From the NCBI GenBank assembly GCA_026708015.1, contig JAPOVT010000048.1:132112-196111 (forward strand): a DNA stretch of 64,000 nucleotides, written 5' to 3'. The notes under the pieces were generated by a model, which saw nothing but the letters and a program-made list of their open reading frames with translations, was not told the DNA's origin and made no database searches. Below are positions 19,639-30,441 of the stretch, piece after piece. Numbering within the stretch: the stretch's first letter is position 1; each line of letters opens with the position of its first letter. This stretch comes from a bacterium (GTDB taxonomy: Bacteria > Actinomycetota > Acidimicrobiia > Acidimicrobiales > Bin134). The translations under genes were made by a program, and so were the position numbers.

Positions 19639-21533
19639 CGGACTCCGGAGCCTCGCCCTACGGTAGCTGGCCGTCGCCGATCACCGCGCGGTCGATGGTG
19701 GCCGACGCCGCGCTGCCGGTCAGCTTGTGGCACCAGCAGGGACGGATGTGGTGGACCGAGTCGCGACCGGCGGAATCGGGCCGCAATGCGCTGGTGTGCG
19801 ACGGCACCGATCTGTGGGGCTCGGTCTCGGTGCGGACCCGGGTACACAGCTACGGCGGGGGTGCGTGGTGGCCCGACGGTTACGACGGGGTGTACGCCAG
19901 CGACGACTCCGACGGCCGCCTCTGGCACATACCGGCGGAGGGCGAGCCTCGGCCGGTGTCGGCTGAGCCCGCCTTTGCCCATGGCCTGCGCTACGCCGAC
20001 GGCCGGCCCGACGGGGACGGCACCGTATGCGTGCGGGAGAACCACCTGGTTGCCCGCGAGAGCGGCGGCGAAGAGGCCAACGAGATAGTCCGGCTGAGCC
20101 GCAACGGAACTGGCGAGCCCGAGATTGTGGCCACCGGGGCCGACTTCTACGGCTGGCCCCGGCCCAGCCCCGATGGCCAGCGGCTGGCCTGGGTCCAGTG
20201 GAACCACCCCAACATGCCCTGGGACCAAACCGAGCTGTGGGTGGACGGCCAGTGCGCGGTGTCGGGCATCGGCTCGGTGGTGGAGCCCCAATGGGGGCAC
20301 GATGGCCGCCTCTATGTGGTGAGCGACCACAAGGGCTGGTGGAACCTGTATCGGCTCGACGGCACTGATCTGGTTCCCGTGTTCGAGCTCGACGCCGAGA
20401 CGCACCGCCCAGCCTGGGTGTTCGACGACCCCAGCTACGCGGTGTGCGACGACAACACCGTGGCGGTGGCGGCCATGCGGGGGTCGCTGGCCGAGCTGTG
20501 GGCGATTCCCCCCGACGGCTCGGAGCCTCGGCTGCTCGATCTGCCCTGGACGTCGTATGCCAGCGTCCGGGCCGCCGGACCCCACGCCATCTGCGCTATC
20601 GTCGCCTCGCCCACGCAGCAGCCCACCGCAGTGCTCATCGACGTGGCCGACGGATCGCACGAAGTCATCCGCCCACCCGCCCGGGCGGCGGTGCATCCCG
20701 GGTATCTGTCCAATCCCCGCCCCATCAGCTTTCCCACCACCGGGGGAGCGGAGGCCCACGGGCTGTACTACCCGCCGGCCCACCCCACCGCGAATGCCCC
20801 AGCCGGCGAGAAGCCGCCGCTGCTGGTGCTGGGCCACGGCGGGCCCACTGGTTCAGCCCGCAGCCAGCTCCAGCTCGGCATCCAGTACTGGACCAGCCGG
20901 GGTATTGCGGTGGTGGACGTGAACTACCGCGGCAGCACCGGCTACGGCACCGCCTACCGGGAGGCCCTCCAGGGGCTTTGGGGCGTCAGCGACGTGGACG
21001 ACTGCGTGGCCGCAGCCCGCCACCTGGTGCAAACCGGAGAGGTGGACGGCGACCGGCTCATCATCCGGGGCTCCAGCGCCGGCGGCTACACCACCCTGTG
21101 CGCGTTGGCCTTCCACAAGGTGTTCGCGGCGGGGGCCAGCCGCTACGGCATCGCCGATCTGGCTGCGCTGGCCACCGACACCCACAAGTTCGAGGCCCGC
21201 TACATGGACAGCCTGGTGGGGCTGTACCCCGAGGAAGCCGACATATATGAGGCTCGTTCGCCTATCCACTTCGTGGACGACTTCGACGCCCCCATGATCG
21301 TGCTCCAAGGCTCCGAAGACGTGGTGGTGCCCCCCAATCAGGCCGAGATGATCGTGGCCGCCCTGGAGCAGCGGTCGATCCCGGTGGCCTACCTCCTGTT
21401 CGAGGGTGAGCAGCACGGTTTCCGCCAGGCCGACAACATCGTGGCCGCCCTGGAAGCCGAGCTTTCCTTCTTCGCCCAGATCCTGGGATTCAACCTTGCC
21501 GATAACATCCCCCCGGTGGAGATACACCGGTAG
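19635..21533 (+). CDS. S9 family serine peptidase (prolyl oligopeptidase / acylaminoacyl peptidase-like)
   Basis: N-terminal beta-propeller-like region. C-terminal hydrolase with nucleophile elbow [15 protein letters not shown] overlap with the upstream gene. Confidence 0.85.
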   Translation: MTDSGASPYGSWPSPITARSMVADAALPVSLWHQQGRMWWTESRPAESGRNALVCDGTDLWGSVSVRTRVHSYGGGAWWPDGYDGVYASDDSDGRLWHIPAEGEPRPVSAEPAFAHGLRYADGRPDGDGTVCVRENHLVARESGGEEANEIVRLSRNGTGEPEIVATGADFYGWPRPSPDGQRLAWVQWNHPNMPWDQTELWVDGQCAVSGIGSVVEPQWGHDGRLYVVSDHKGWWNLYRLDGTDLVPVFELDAETHRPAWVFDDPSYAVCDDNTVAVAAMRGSLAELWAIPPDGSEPRLLDLPWTSYASVRAAGPHAICAIVASPTQQPTAVLIDVADGSHEVIRPPARAAVHPGYLSNPRPISFPTTGGAEAHGLYYPPAHPTANAPAGEKPPLLVLGHGGPTGSARSQLQLGIQYWTSRGIAVVDVNYRGSTGYGTAYREALQGLWGVSDVDDCVAAARHLVQTGEVDGDRLIIRGSSAGGYTTLCALAFHKVFAAGASRYGIADLAALATDTHKFEARYMDSLVGLYPEEADIYEARSPIHFVDDFDAPMIVLQGSEDVVVPPNQAEMIVAALEQRSIPVAYLLFEGEQHGFRQADNIVAALEAELSFFAQILGFNLADNIPPVEIHR

Positions 21534-21604
21534 GGCGGGAATTAGCACTGTCGCTGCCAATTGGTCCCCGGTGGGTCACTGAGCGCGGTTTATTCTGAGG
21601 GCCG

Positions 21605-23182
21605 ATGGCCAAGGTTCTGGTAGCTGAGAAGATCGCTGACATCGGGGTGGCCAAGCTCCGCCACGCCGGGCATGAGGTTGACGTCCGCACTGGGATGTCT
21701 CCCGACGAGCTGCTGGAAGCGGTGGCCGGAGTGCATGCGCTGATCATCCGGTCGGCCACCCAGGTGACTGCCGAAGTGTTCGACGCGGGCAGCGACTTAG
21801 TGATCGTGGGCCGGGCCGGAGTGGGTTTGGACAACGTGGACGTGGACGCCGCCACCGACCACGGCGTGCTGGTGGTGAACGACACCTTGTCCAACATCAT
21901 CTCGGCCGCCGAGCACACTATGGCGCTGGTCTTGGCCCAAGCCCGCAACATCCCCCAGGCCCACGCTGCGCTCACCGACGGCCGCTGGGAGCGCGGGCGC
22001 TGGGAGGGCATCGAGCTGAGCGACAAGACGCTGGGCATCATCGGGCTGGGCCGCATCGGCCGGCTGGTAGCCGAGCGGGCCATCGGGTTCGCCATGCGGG
22101 TCATCGCCAGCGACCCCTACGTGTCCGAAGAGATGGCTCTTCACAGCGTGATGGCGCTGGTGTCGCTGGAGGAGCTAGTGGCCCAGTCGGATTTCATCAC
22201 CATCCACGTGGCCCGCACGCCAGAGACCATCGGGCTTATCAACTCTGAGCTCTTGAAGCTGGCCAAGCCAAACCTGCGGGTCGTGAACGTGTCGCGCGGC
22301 GGCATTGTGGACGAGGCCGACTTGGCCGAAGCGGTGGCTTCGGGGCGCATCGCCGGGGCGGCCCTGGATGTGTTCGACGGCGAGCCCATCACTGAATCAC
22401 CGCTGTTCGACCTTGACTCGGTGGTGGTCACCCCCCATCTGGGGGCCAGCACCGAAGAGGCCCAGAGCAAAGCGGGCGACGCCATTGCCGAGCAGGTGAT
22501 GTTGGCACTGACCGGAGAATTCGTGCCCGCGGCGGTCAATGTCCCGGCCAAGAACGTTCCCGACGTGCTGCGACCCTATCTGCCGCTGGCGGAGCAGCTG
22601 GGTCGTTTGTTCGGAAACCTGTGCGATCGCCTGCCCGAGGTGCTGGAGGTGGAGCTCATCGGGGAGATCGGCAAGCCCGACAACACGGTGGCGGTGATGT
22701 CGGTGGTGAAGGGGTTGCTGAGCGCGGTGTCGGATATGCAGGTCAGCTATGTGAACGCGATGGACATGGCCAAGGAGAAGGGCATGGAGGTGCGGGCAAC
22801 AAGCACGCCCACCTCCAAAGAACACGTGAACCTGCTCACTCTGCGAGGCGCGGGCCACAGCCTGGGCGGGCGGCTGACCGGCGCTCGCCAAGAGCCGGTG
22901 TTGGTGCTCGCCGACGACCACGCCATCCACATGCCGCCCGCCGATCACATGATCTTGCTGTCCAACGACGACTATCCCGGAGTGATCGGCGCGGTGGGCA
23001 CACTGCTGGGGGACGCGGGGATCAATATCAACGACATGAACGTGGGTAGGGCACCAACCGGGGAAGGGGCTTCTATGGTGATCGCTACCTCCCAGCCGGT
23101 GCCCAAGGCAGTGGCCGAGGCGCTGGTGGCCATCGACGGAGTGCAGTCGGCCCGCTACTTGGGCCTGGCTCCAGCCGATTAG
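21605..23182 (+). CDS. serA: D-3-phosphoglycerate dehydrogenase (long form with C-terminal ACT region)
   Basis: NAD-binding motif GIIGLGRIGRLVAER, TPHLGAST, and a 525-aa length typical of the type I enzyme. Confidence 0.9.
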   Translation: MAKVLVAEKIADIGVAKLRHAGHEVDVRTGMSPDELLEAVAGVHALIIRSATQVTAEVFDAGSDLVIVGRAGVGLDNVDVDAATDHGVLVVNDTLSNIISAAEHTMALVLAQARNIPQAHAALTDGRWERGRWEGIELSDKTLGIIGLGRIGRLVAERAIGFAMRVIASDPYVSEEMALHSVMALVSLEELVAQSDFITIHVARTPETIGLINSELLKLAKPNLRVVNVSRGGIVDEADLAEAVASGRIAGAALDVFDGEPITESPLFDLDSVVVTPHLGASTEEAQSKAGDAIAEQVMLALTGEFVPAAVNVPAKNVPDVLRPYLPLAEQLGRLFGNLCDRLPEVLEVELIGEIGKPDNTVAVMSVVKGLLSAVSDMQVSYVNAMDMAKEKGMEVRATSTPTSKEHVNLLTLRGAGHSLGGRLTGARQEPVLVLADDHAIHMPPADHMILLSNDDYPGVIGAVGTLLGDAGININDMNVGRAPTGEGASMVIATSQPVPKAVAEALVAIDGVQSARYLGLAPAD

Positions 23183-23233
23183 CAGCCTCGGCATGTTTGG
23201 TAAACCCCCGTGCTTCAGCGTAGAGTTGTCCCG

Positions 23234-23269
23234 ATGAGCCGCATCCACACCCACCTGCTGCTCTTGTAG
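23234..23269 (+). CDS. Leucine-rich leader peptide MSRIHTHLLLL (11 aa) upstream of leuA
   Basis: ATG AGC CGC ATC CAC ACC CAC CTG CTG CTC TTG TAG. The four consecutive Leu codons come directly before the stop and are followed by two hairpins and a T6 tract. Confidence 0.6.
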   Translation: MSRIHTHLLLL

Positions 23270-23297
23270 GGCGAGCACCCAGAGGTGCTCGCCCCGA

Positions 23298-23330
23298 CCC
23301 CCCTGATCCCGCAAGGGCAGGGGGTTTTTT
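23298..23330 (+). terminator. Rho-independent terminator/attenuator hairpin with a T6 tail
   Basis: CCCCTG(23300-05)/CAGGGG(23318-23) stem with an inner CCC-GCAA-GGG, followed by TTTTTT (23325-30). It sits 27 nt upstream of the leuA start. It may also terminate serA. Confidence 0.65.
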
Positions 23331-23356
23331 CGTGAGTCAACTCCAATAGAGGCCAT

Positions 23357-25063
23357 GTGATGAAAACCGGATTACACCCCCAACAGCCGTCGGGAATGCC
23401 GATCCACAAGTACCAGGCGTTCGATCCGGTCAAGCTGATCGACCGGATCTGGCCCGACGCGGTGCTCACCGGCGCGCCCCGGTGGTGCTCGGTGGACTTG
23501 CGCGACGGCAATCAGGCCCTCATCGAGCCCATGAACCCCGAGCGGAAGTGGAAGATGTTCACCGCCCTGGTGGAGGCCGGGTTCAAGGAGATCGAGGTGG
23601 GCTTCCCCTCCGCGTCGGAGACCGACTTCCGGTTCGTGAGAGAGATCATCGAGCAGAAGGCCATCCCCTCCGACGTGCGCATCCAAGTGCTCACCCAGGC
23701 CCGCCAAGAGCTGATCGAGCGCACCTATGAGGCCATCGACGGCGCCGCCGATGCCATCGTCCACCTGTACAACTCCACCTCCACCGTCCAGCGCCGGGTG
23801 GTGTTCGGGTTGGACATGGACGGCATCACCAAAATCGCCACCCAGGCGGCGGAGTGGTGCCGTTCGCTGGAGCCGCAGGTGCCCAACACCGACGTGTTCT
23901 ACGAGTACTCGCCCGAGTCGTTCACCGGCACCGAGCTGCCCTTCGCCAAGCGGGTGTGCGATGAGGTGGTGGAGATTCTGGCCGACGGCCATGGCAAGCC
24001 GGTGATTATCAACCTGCCGGCCACCGTGGAGATGTCCACCGCCAACATCTACGGCGACATGATCGAGTGGATGCACCGCAACCTGGCCCGCCGTGACCGC
24101 ATCGTGCTGAGCCTGCACCCCCACAACGACCGGGGCACCGCGGTGGCCGCGGCCGAGTTCGGGCTCATGGCCGGCGCCGACCGGGTGGAGGGCACCCTGT
24201 TCGGCAACGGCGAGCGCACCGGCAACGTGGATGTGGTGAACCTGGCCATGAACCTGTTCAGCCAGGGGGTGGACCCCGAGCTGGACATCTCCGACATCAA
24301 CGGGCTGCGCCGGGTGGCCGAGGATTGCAACCAACTCCCCATCCATCCTCGCCACCCCTATGTGGGCGATCTGGTGTACACCGCCTTCTCGGGATCGCAC
24401 CAAGACGCCATCAAGAAGGGGTTCGAGGCCATGGAGGAGACCGGCCAGACCCTGTTCGAGGTGCCCTACATCCCTATTGACCCCAAAGACGTGGGCCGCA
24501 CCTACCAAGACGTGGTGCGAGTGAACAGCCAGTCGGGCAAGGGCGGGGTGTCGTACCTGCTCCAGGCCGAAGTGCAGCTTGACCTGCCCCGGCGGATGCA
24601 GATCGAGTTCAGCCGGGTCATCCAGCAGATCGCCGAGGACACCGGCGAGGAGATCACCGCCGACCAGATCCACAGCGAGTTCGCCACCGAGTACCTCGGT
24701 TTGGACGAGCCCTACCGGCTGAACGGCTATGAGTCGGCCCAGAATGCCCGGGGGGCCGACCGCACCGTGGTCACCGCCCGACTGACCGCCGGGGAAGACC
24801 AGGTGGTGGTCCACGGCGAGGGAGCCGGATCGTTAGACGCGTTCGTGACCGGGCTGAACGAGATCATCGACACGCCGATCAAGGTGGTGGACTACCACGA
24901 GCACGCCCGGGGCGGCGGGACCGACGCCGAAGCGGTGGCCTACATCGAGCTTTTAGTGGAGGGCCGCGAGCTGTGGGGCTGCGGCATCCACACCGACATC
25001 ACCACGGCCTCCATGCGGGCCATTGTGAGTGCGTTGAATCGGGCTTGTGCCGGGTTGGGATAG
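23357..25063 (+). CDS. leuA: 2-isopropylmalate synthase (long actinobacterial form)
   Basis: Matches LeuA throughout (PSGMPIHKYQAF..., DLRDGNQALIEPM, HPHNDRGTAVAAAE, C-terminal LeuA dimer/regulatory domain). Confidence 0.93.
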   Translation: MMKTGLHPQQPSGMPIHKYQAFDPVKLIDRIWPDAVLTGAPRWCSVDLRDGNQALIEPMNPERKWKMFTALVEAGFKEIEVGFPSASETDFRFVREIIEQKAIPSDVRIQVLTQARQELIERTYEAIDGAADAIVHLYNSTSTVQRRVVFGLDMDGITKIATQAAEWCRSLEPQVPNTDVFYEYSPESFTGTELPFAKRVCDEVVEILADGHGKPVIINLPATVEMSTANIYGDMIEWMHRNLARRDRIVLSLHPHNDRGTAVAAAEFGLMAGADRVEGTLFGNGERTGNVDVVNLAMNLFSQGVDPELDISDINGLRRVAEDCNQLPIHPRHPYVGDLVYTAFSGSHQDAIKKGFEAMEETGQTLFEVPYIPIDPKDVGRTYQDVVRVNSQSGKGGVSYLLQAEVQLDLPRRMQIEFSRVIQQIAEDTGEEITADQIHSEFATEYLGLDEPYRLNGYESAQNARGADRTVVTARLTAGEDQVVVHGEGAGSLDAFVTGLNEIIDTPIKVVDYHEHARGGGTDAEAVAYIELLVEGRELWGCGIHTDITTASMRAIVSALNRACAGLG

Positions 25064-25067
25064 CCCC

Positions 25068-27377
25068 TCAGTTTGACTTCAGCTCGAACTGATCCTGGTA
25101 GGCGAATGAGTTGAGGTCGTTGGCTTGAAGGGCGTACTCGGACATGGTCCAGAGGGTGTCGCCGATCACTAACAGTCGCTGGATGGGCGGGGTCCAGATC
25201 CAGCAGATGATCAGCTTCTCGTCGTCGGCGATGTCGATCGAGGGGAAATCTTCCCGGGCCCATTCAGGCTTGACGGGCTCGCAGTCCGTGTTGCCGTAGC
25301 GGTCGGGGGCGTCGAGGGGGCAGATTCGGGCGATGCTCTCGCCCCCGTAGTAACGCCCAACGTCCTCGTTGTTCACCGGATGGCAGCCTTCGAACACGAT
25401 CTGCTGCTCCTGGTGTGACACTCGGCCGAGTTCGGCCACGCCATCGCGGTTCACCCGCAGGGCCACTGCGCCGAAGAAATCGTCGTCGCCTTCGTAGTCG
25501 TATCGGGTGAGGGGGATGGCCACCATTTCCTCGGGGTCCCAGTACAAGAAGGCCCGGTGGTCCCACTCGGCCTCGCTGTGGGCGTCGGGGAACACGATCA
25601 CGTCCAACTCCGACGGGGCGACCGGGTTGCTCACGTCGAACAGCGAAACCTTGGTGCCGCGGGTGCGACCGGTGTCGTCGGCGTCTTGGCCCACGCCGAT
25701 GAGGAGGCCATCGCCGATGGGGTGCAAGTAAGTGGAGAAGCCGGGGATCTTCAGTTCGCCAGCCACCGAAGGGGCAGTGGGATCAGCCAGGTCGATCACA
25801 TAGAGCGGATCGACCTGGCGGAAGGTGACCACGTAGCCGATATCGCCCGCGAAGCGAACCGAGAAGATGCGCTCGCCCCGGCCCAGGTTGTCGACGCGGC
25901 CCATCTCGATGAGCCGTCGGCCTTGCTGTTCGAGCACCACAACTTGGCTCTCAGAGGTCTCAGTATCCCACGGTTCGCCGATGGTGGTGGCCACCCGGAA
26001 GTAGTCGTTGTGCTCGTCCATGGAGAACTGGTTGAGCAGATGGCCCTCCACCGTGCCCGACGCCTCGTAGCGGGCCGGGCCGTCGGTCGACACCGAGAAC
26101 TTGTGTACGACAGTGGTCCACTCCGTCGGCGCCGAGATGCTGACTGTGTCTCCGTCATTCACTGGCTCGGCCCACACCGGCGTACTGGAGGCCAGATAGA
26201 GCGACTGGCCCGAGCCGTACAGCGTGTGGCCGTCGGCCAGCACCGAGGCGGCATCGCCGGTGCCCAGCGGTTCGTCCAGATTGAAGCTCAGCACCGACAG
26301 CACGGTGAACCCGGAGAACTCAGCGGGGGTGTAGAGCTGTTCGCACGCGGGCAGCAGACCGGCCCGGGTGCCGCCGGGCCCGTCGAATCGATAGGCCGGA
26401 AGCCATGCCCCCAGCCCGGCAGTGGCGGCGATCTCCTTGTTGGCCCGCTCAGCGGCCTCTTCAGCGTCCGGGCCGCTGGGGTACACGAACTGGAACTGCG
26501 CCGGGTAGCTCGACATCGACATCCACACCACGTCGCCCACCGAGCGGGCGCTCAGGTAACTGCCCTCCACTCGGAGTTCGGACACCACCTCCATGGATCC
26601 CGGGTTGGACAGGTCGATCTCTTGGATGAGCGCCACCGGGTTGCCGCGGAAGATCACATCCTCAGCCATGACGTGATCGCCCTCGATGTCGTGGGCCGCA
26701 ACCGGCTCCAGCCCCTCGGAGTGGCTGGTGGAGAACACCATGGCCCGGTCGCCCCGGATGAAGATCTCCTGGCCCCAGCCCCAGGATGATTCCGATGTCA
26801 GGTTTACGCTGCCCAGGTACCGGGGCTGGTCGCTGGAGACGTCCACATAGTGCAGCCGGCCCTGGGTCACGGCCAGAATGCGGTTGCCGTCGGTCTTGAT
26901 GATGTCGGGCTCGTCCACCCCGGCCACCTGCACGTTGGTGGAGGAGAAGTCGCCGTCGCTGCTGCTGGCTGGCGCCGACTCGGCCGACTCGGCCGCCGGG
27001 GCGGCGGAGTCGTCGGCCATCATATCGGCTTCCTGGATAGCGAATGGCTCGGGAATCCCGAAACGGGGGCCGTCGTCGAGGCCGTAGGGACCTACCCGGG
27101 CGATGGTCTCGGTCCGCAGGTAATCGAGCAGCGTGGAGCAGTCGCCGAAGCTCCGCAGCGCCGACAGCAGCTCGATGTCGTCCAGTACCACCGTCGGCAC
27201 CGGCGTCCCGTCAGTCTCGCCCGTCACCTCTCCAGGGGTTTCGTCCGCGGCGGTGCCGCTGACTCCACCGGTGATCCCCGGCGTGTCAGCAGAATCAGAC
27301 GAACAGGCCGCGGCCAGCAAAGCCAGGGACACGACCATTGCAGACAGAACAAGTGCGGTTTTACGGATCTTCAGCAT
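25068..27377 (-). CDS. Secreted lipoprotein with a beta-propeller domain (PF09826-like)
   Basis: Lipobox LLAAAC. STNVQVAGVDEPDIIKTDG is the motif I associate with the 'beta propeller domain' family. 769 aa. Confidence 0.7.
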   Translation of the reverse strand: MLKIRKTALVLSAMVVSLALLAAACSSDSADTPGITGGVSGTAADETPGEVTGETDGTPVPTVVLDDIELLSALRSFGDCSTLLDYLRTETIARVGPYGLDDGPRFGIPEPFAIQEADMMADDSAAPAAESAESAPASSSDGDFSSTNVQVAGVDEPDIIKTDGNRILAVTQGRLHYVDVSSDQPRYLGSVNLTSESSWGWGQEIFIRGDRAMVFSTSHSEGLEPVAAHDIEGDHVMAEDVIFRGNPVALIQEIDLSNPGSMEVVSELRVEGSYLSARSVGDVVWMSMSSYPAQFQFVYPSGPDAEEAAERANKEIAATAGLGAWLPAYRFDGPGGTRAGLLPACEQLYTPAEFSGFTVLSVLSFNLDEPLGTGDAASVLADGHTLYGSGQSLYLASSTPVWAEPVNDGDTVSISAPTEWTTVVHKFSVSTDGPARYEASGTVEGHLLNQFSMDEHNDYFRVATTIGEPWDTETSESQVVVLEQQGRRLIEMGRVDNLGRGERIFSVRFAGDIGYVVTFRQVDPLYVIDLADPTAPSVAGELKIPGFSTYLHPIGDGLLIGVGQDADDTGRTRGTKVSLFDVSNPVAPSELDVIVFPDAHSEAEWDHRAFLYWDPEEMVAIPLTRYDYEGDDDFFGAVALRVNRDGVAELGRVSHQEQQIVFEGCHPVNNEDVGRYYGGESIARICPLDAPDRYGNTDCEPVKPEWAREDFPSIDIADDEKLIICWIWTPPIQRLLVIGDTLWTMSEYALQANDLNSFAYQDQFELKSN

Positions 27378-27446
27378 GCAACTAAGACGGCCTGATCCGA
27401 CAGGTTGGTTCCCAGCAATTCGAAAAAATTTTTCGATGGGATCAAT

Positions 27447-28040
27447 CTAGGCCAGCGACGGCATCCAGGTGGGGCGGGCGGCCTCGAAGGCGTCGATGGC
27501 GTCGGTGTGGGCCAGGGTTAGTCCGATGTCGTCGAGGCCCTCCAGCAGGCGGTGCTGAACGGCGCCGTCGAGGGGGAAGTCGGCGCTCACACCGGCGGCT
27601 GGGGCTGACACGGTGAGCTGTTCGACGTCAACAGTGATCTCGATAGAGGGGTTGTCGGCTACCGCGTCGAGCAGCGTGCGGGCCATGTCTTCGCTCGCCT
27701 GCACGGGGACCAGGCCGTTCTTGGTGGAGTTGTTGCGGAAGATGTCGCCGAATCGGGGGGAGATGACCGCCTCGAAGCCGTACTGCTGGATGGCCCACAC
27801 CGCGTGCTCCCGAGAGGAGCCGGTGCCGAAGTTGGGGCCGGCCACCAGGATGCGGGCATCGGCGAAGCGGGGATCGTTGAGCACGAAATCAGGGTCTTCG
27901 CGCCACTCCGAGAACAGCCCTTGCTCGAAGCCGGTGCGCTCCACCCGCTTGAGCCAGTCGCTGGGGATGATCTGGTCGGTGTCCACGTCGCTGCGGTCCA
28001 GCGGCAGCGCAGTGGCGGTGATCACTCGCACTGGCTTCAT
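27447..28040 (-). CDS. leuD: 3-isopropylmalate dehydratase small subunit
   Basis: [38 protein letters not shown]... The ATG at 28040 overlaps the leuC stop (ATGA). The upstream part of the 374-aa ORF was rejected. Confidence 0.92.
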   Translation of the reverse strand: MKPVRVITATALPLDRSDVDTDQIIPSDWLKRVERTGFEQGLFSEWREDPDFVLNDPRFADARILVAGPNFGTGSSREHAVWAIQQYGFEAVISPRFGDIFRNNSTKNGLVPVQASEDMARTLLDAVADNPSIEITVDVEQLTVSAPAAGVSADFPLDGAVQHRLLEGLDDIGLTLAHTDAIDAFEAARPTWMPSLA

Positions 28041-29437
28041 GACAGATCTCCTGGGGTGGCGAAGGTGCCGGCCACCGCGCTGGCGGCGGCAACCGCGGGC
28101 GACACCAGATGAGTGCGCCCGCCTTTGCCCTGGCGGCCCTCGAAGTTGCGGTTGGATGTGCTGGCGCACCGCTCGCCGGGGGCCAGCTTGTCGGGGTTCA
28201 TGGCCAAACACATGGAGCAACCCGGCTCCCGCCAGTCGAACCCGGCGGCTTTGAACACCTCGTGCAGGCCCTCGGCCTCGGCTTGGGCCTTGACCGCACC
28301 CGAGCCGGGAACCACGAAGGTGCGCACGCCGGAACGCACCCGGCGGCCCTCCACCACCGAGGCGGCGATGCGCAGGTCTTCGATGCGGCTGTTGGTACAC
28401 GAGCCGATGAACACGGTGTCCACCGGGATCTCCTTCAGCAGGGTTCCGGGCTCGAGGCCCATGTAGTCGAGCGCCCGGGCGGCCGCATCCCGCCCGCTGG
28501 CCTCGGCAAAGCTGTCGGGGTGGGGCACGGTGCTGTTGATGGGGGCCACTTGGCCAGGATTGGTTCCCCACGACACATGGGGGACCAATTCCGATCCGTT
28601 GATATGGACTTCCTTGTCGAAAGCGGCGTCATCGTCGGTCGCCAGGCTGCGCCAATCGGCCAAAGCGGCCTCCCACGCTGGTCCCGCGGGTGCTCCCGGC
28701 CGCCCCTGGAGATATTCAAACGTGGTGTCGTCGGGGGCGATCAGCCCCGCTCGGGCGCCGGCCTCGATAGACATGTTGCACACCGTCATGCGCCCTTCCA
28801 TCGACAGCGAGCGGATGACCGACCCCCGGTATTCGATCACCGAGCCGATACCCCCGCCGGTGCCGATGCGCCCGATGATGGCCAAGATCACGTCCTTGGC
28901 CGTGCAGGTCATCGGCAGGGTGCCGTCCACCGTCACCGACATGGTGCCGGGGCGCTGCTGGGGGAGGGTCTGGGTGGCCAGCACGTGCTCCACCTCGCTG
29001 GTTCCGATGCCGAAGGCCAGCGCCCCGAACGCTCCGTGGGTGGAGGTGTGGCTGTCGCCGCACACGATGGTCATGCCCGGCTGGGTGAGGCCCATTTCCG
29101 GCCCGATCACATGCACGATTCCCTGGCCGGGGCTTCCCATCGGGTACAGGGTGATGCCGAATTCCTCACAGTTGGTCCGCAGCGTCTCCACTTGCTGGCG
29201 GGAGATGGGATCGGCAATGGGCCAGGCGATGTTGTCGGTGGGCACGTTGTGGTCTTCGGTGGCCACCGTGAGGTCGGGCCGCCGCACCGTCCGGCCGTTC
29301 ATGCGGAGGCCGTCGAATGCCTGCGGCGAGGTCACCTCGTGGATGAGGTGCAGGTCGATGAACAGCAGGTCGGGCTCGCCCTCGGCTTGGTGAACGACGT
29401 GTCGGTCCCAGACTTTTTCACTGAGGGTTCGGCCCAT
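28037..29437 (-). CDS. leuC: 3-isopropylmalate dehydratase large subunit
   Basis: Aconitase-family motifs ([40 protein letters not shown]). 466 aa. Confidence 0.95.
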   Translation of the reverse strand: MGRTLSEKVWDRHVVHQAEGEPDLLFIDLHLIHEVTSPQAFDGLRMNGRTVRRPDLTVATEDHNVPTDNIAWPIADPISRQQVETLRTNCEEFGITLYPMGSPGQGIVHVIGPEMGLTQPGMTIVCGDSHTSTHGAFGALAFGIGTSEVEHVLATQTLPQQRPGTMSVTVDGTLPMTCTAKDVILAIIGRIGTGGGIGSVIEYRGSVIRSLSMEGRMTVCNMSIEAGARAGLIAPDDTTFEYLQGRPGAPAGPAWEAALADWRSLATDDDAAFDKEVHINGSELVPHVSWGTNPGQVAPINSTVPHPDSFAEASGRDAAARALDYMGLEPGTLLKEIPVDTVFIGSCTNSRIEDLRIAASVVEGRRVRSGVRTFVVPGSGAVKAQAEAEGLHEVFKAAGFDWREPGCSMCLAMNPDKLAPGERCASTSNRNFEGRQGKGGRTHLVSPAVAAASAVAGTFATPGDLS

Positions 29438-29478
29438 GTGCGCTCCGGTTTCTCGCGGCTAGCGGGGTTGATCTGAGG

Positions 29479-30387
29479 CTATCGGCTGGTCTCAGAAGAC
29501 GATGGATCGAGGGCAACAGAGCTCCCAGTTTCTGAGCTGGCCGACACGCCCACAGAGTCCAGCGCCTTGCTCAGGCAGTCCCAGAAGCTGTCGAAGTCGG
29601 TGACCACCGACGCGTGGCCACCCCGATAGGAGAAGACGCTGATGTCGGCGATGGCGTCGCCCAGCTCTTGTTGGAGATAGTCGGGCACCACGTTGTCGCC
29701 CAGGGTGCGGACTTGGGCGATGGGCATGGGCAGCTCGGCGATCCAGTCCGAGGAATCGAAGTTGAACAGCTCGGTGCCGGCATCGAGCATCGCTTGGGGG
29801 TCGCCCTTGAGCACCTCGGTCTGGGCCCATCGGCTGATGTTGCTGCCGATGACGTTGAACACGGTCTGCTCCCAGCCCCAGTACCGCAGCTTCACGGGAG
29901 CCAGACGGGAGGCGGCGGCCACCACCGGAAGCAGCGAGAAGCGGATGGCCCGCAATCCCCGGCCTCGGAAGCTGGTGGAGGTGGCGCCCAGCACCAGCCC
30001 GGTGATCCGGTCGGGAGCAGATCGAGCGGCCAGTTGCGCGATGGCGCCGCCCATGGAGTAGCCCACGCACACGAAGCGGTCGATGCCCACAGCATCGGCC
30101 ACGGCCAAAACGTCGGAGGCGCAGTCGGCGAACCTGAAGCGCCGGGTGGAGAGGCCGTCGCCGTGGCCCCGGTGGTCATAAGCCACCACGGAGGCCCGCT
30201 GTGAAATGGGCTGGAAGGCCGGGTACCAGTTCAGGTCGGCGGTCACTGTCCAGCCGTGCAGCAGCATGACGGTGGGAGAGCCCGGCGGACCCTCGGCCCG
30301 TCGAACGAACACCTGCCCCCGACCGGGCAGGTCGATTGACTCGCCCGGCGGCAAGCTGGGGCCGATCGGCGCGCCGCTACTGCTCAT
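29479..30387 (-). CDS. Alpha/beta-fold hydrolase
   Basis: HGW oxyanion region (MLLHGWT) and nucleophile elbow GYSMGG. Confidence 0.8.
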   Translation of the reverse strand: MSSSGAPIGPSLPPGESIDLPGRGQVFVRRAEGPPGSPTVMLLHGWTVTADLNWYPAFQPISQRASVVAYDHRGHGDGLSTRRFRFADCASDVLAVADAVGIDRFVCVGYSMGGAIAQLAARSAPDRITGLVLGATSTSFRGRGLRAIRFSLLPVVAAASRLAPVKLRYWGWEQTVFNVIGSNISRWAQTEVLKGDPQAMLDAGTELFNFDSSDWIAELPMPIAQVRTLGDNVVPDYLQQELGDAIADISVFSYRGGHASVVTDFDSFWDCLSKALDSVGVSASSETGSSVALDPSSSETSR

Positions 30388-30441
30388 GGCAAATCCCCGA
30401 CCAACTCGTCGGGGTAGGGCGATGGCACTGCCGTTGCGCCG

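Noticed and set aside
19560-20837. A 425-aa minus-strand ORF.
   Set aside because: It is antisense to the S9 peptidase gene and has a biased composition.
23372-24814. A 480-aa minus-strand ORF.
   Set aside because: It is antisense to leuA and is a low-complexity translation.
27447-28571. Full-length 374-aa, 462-aa and 523-aa ORFs taken as the gene models for leuD, the CoA-transferase and gltX.
   Set aside because: In each case the N-terminal extension overlaps the upstream gene, is Arg/Pro/Gly-rich, and homology starts at an internal start codon that forms an ATGA/GTGA overlap.
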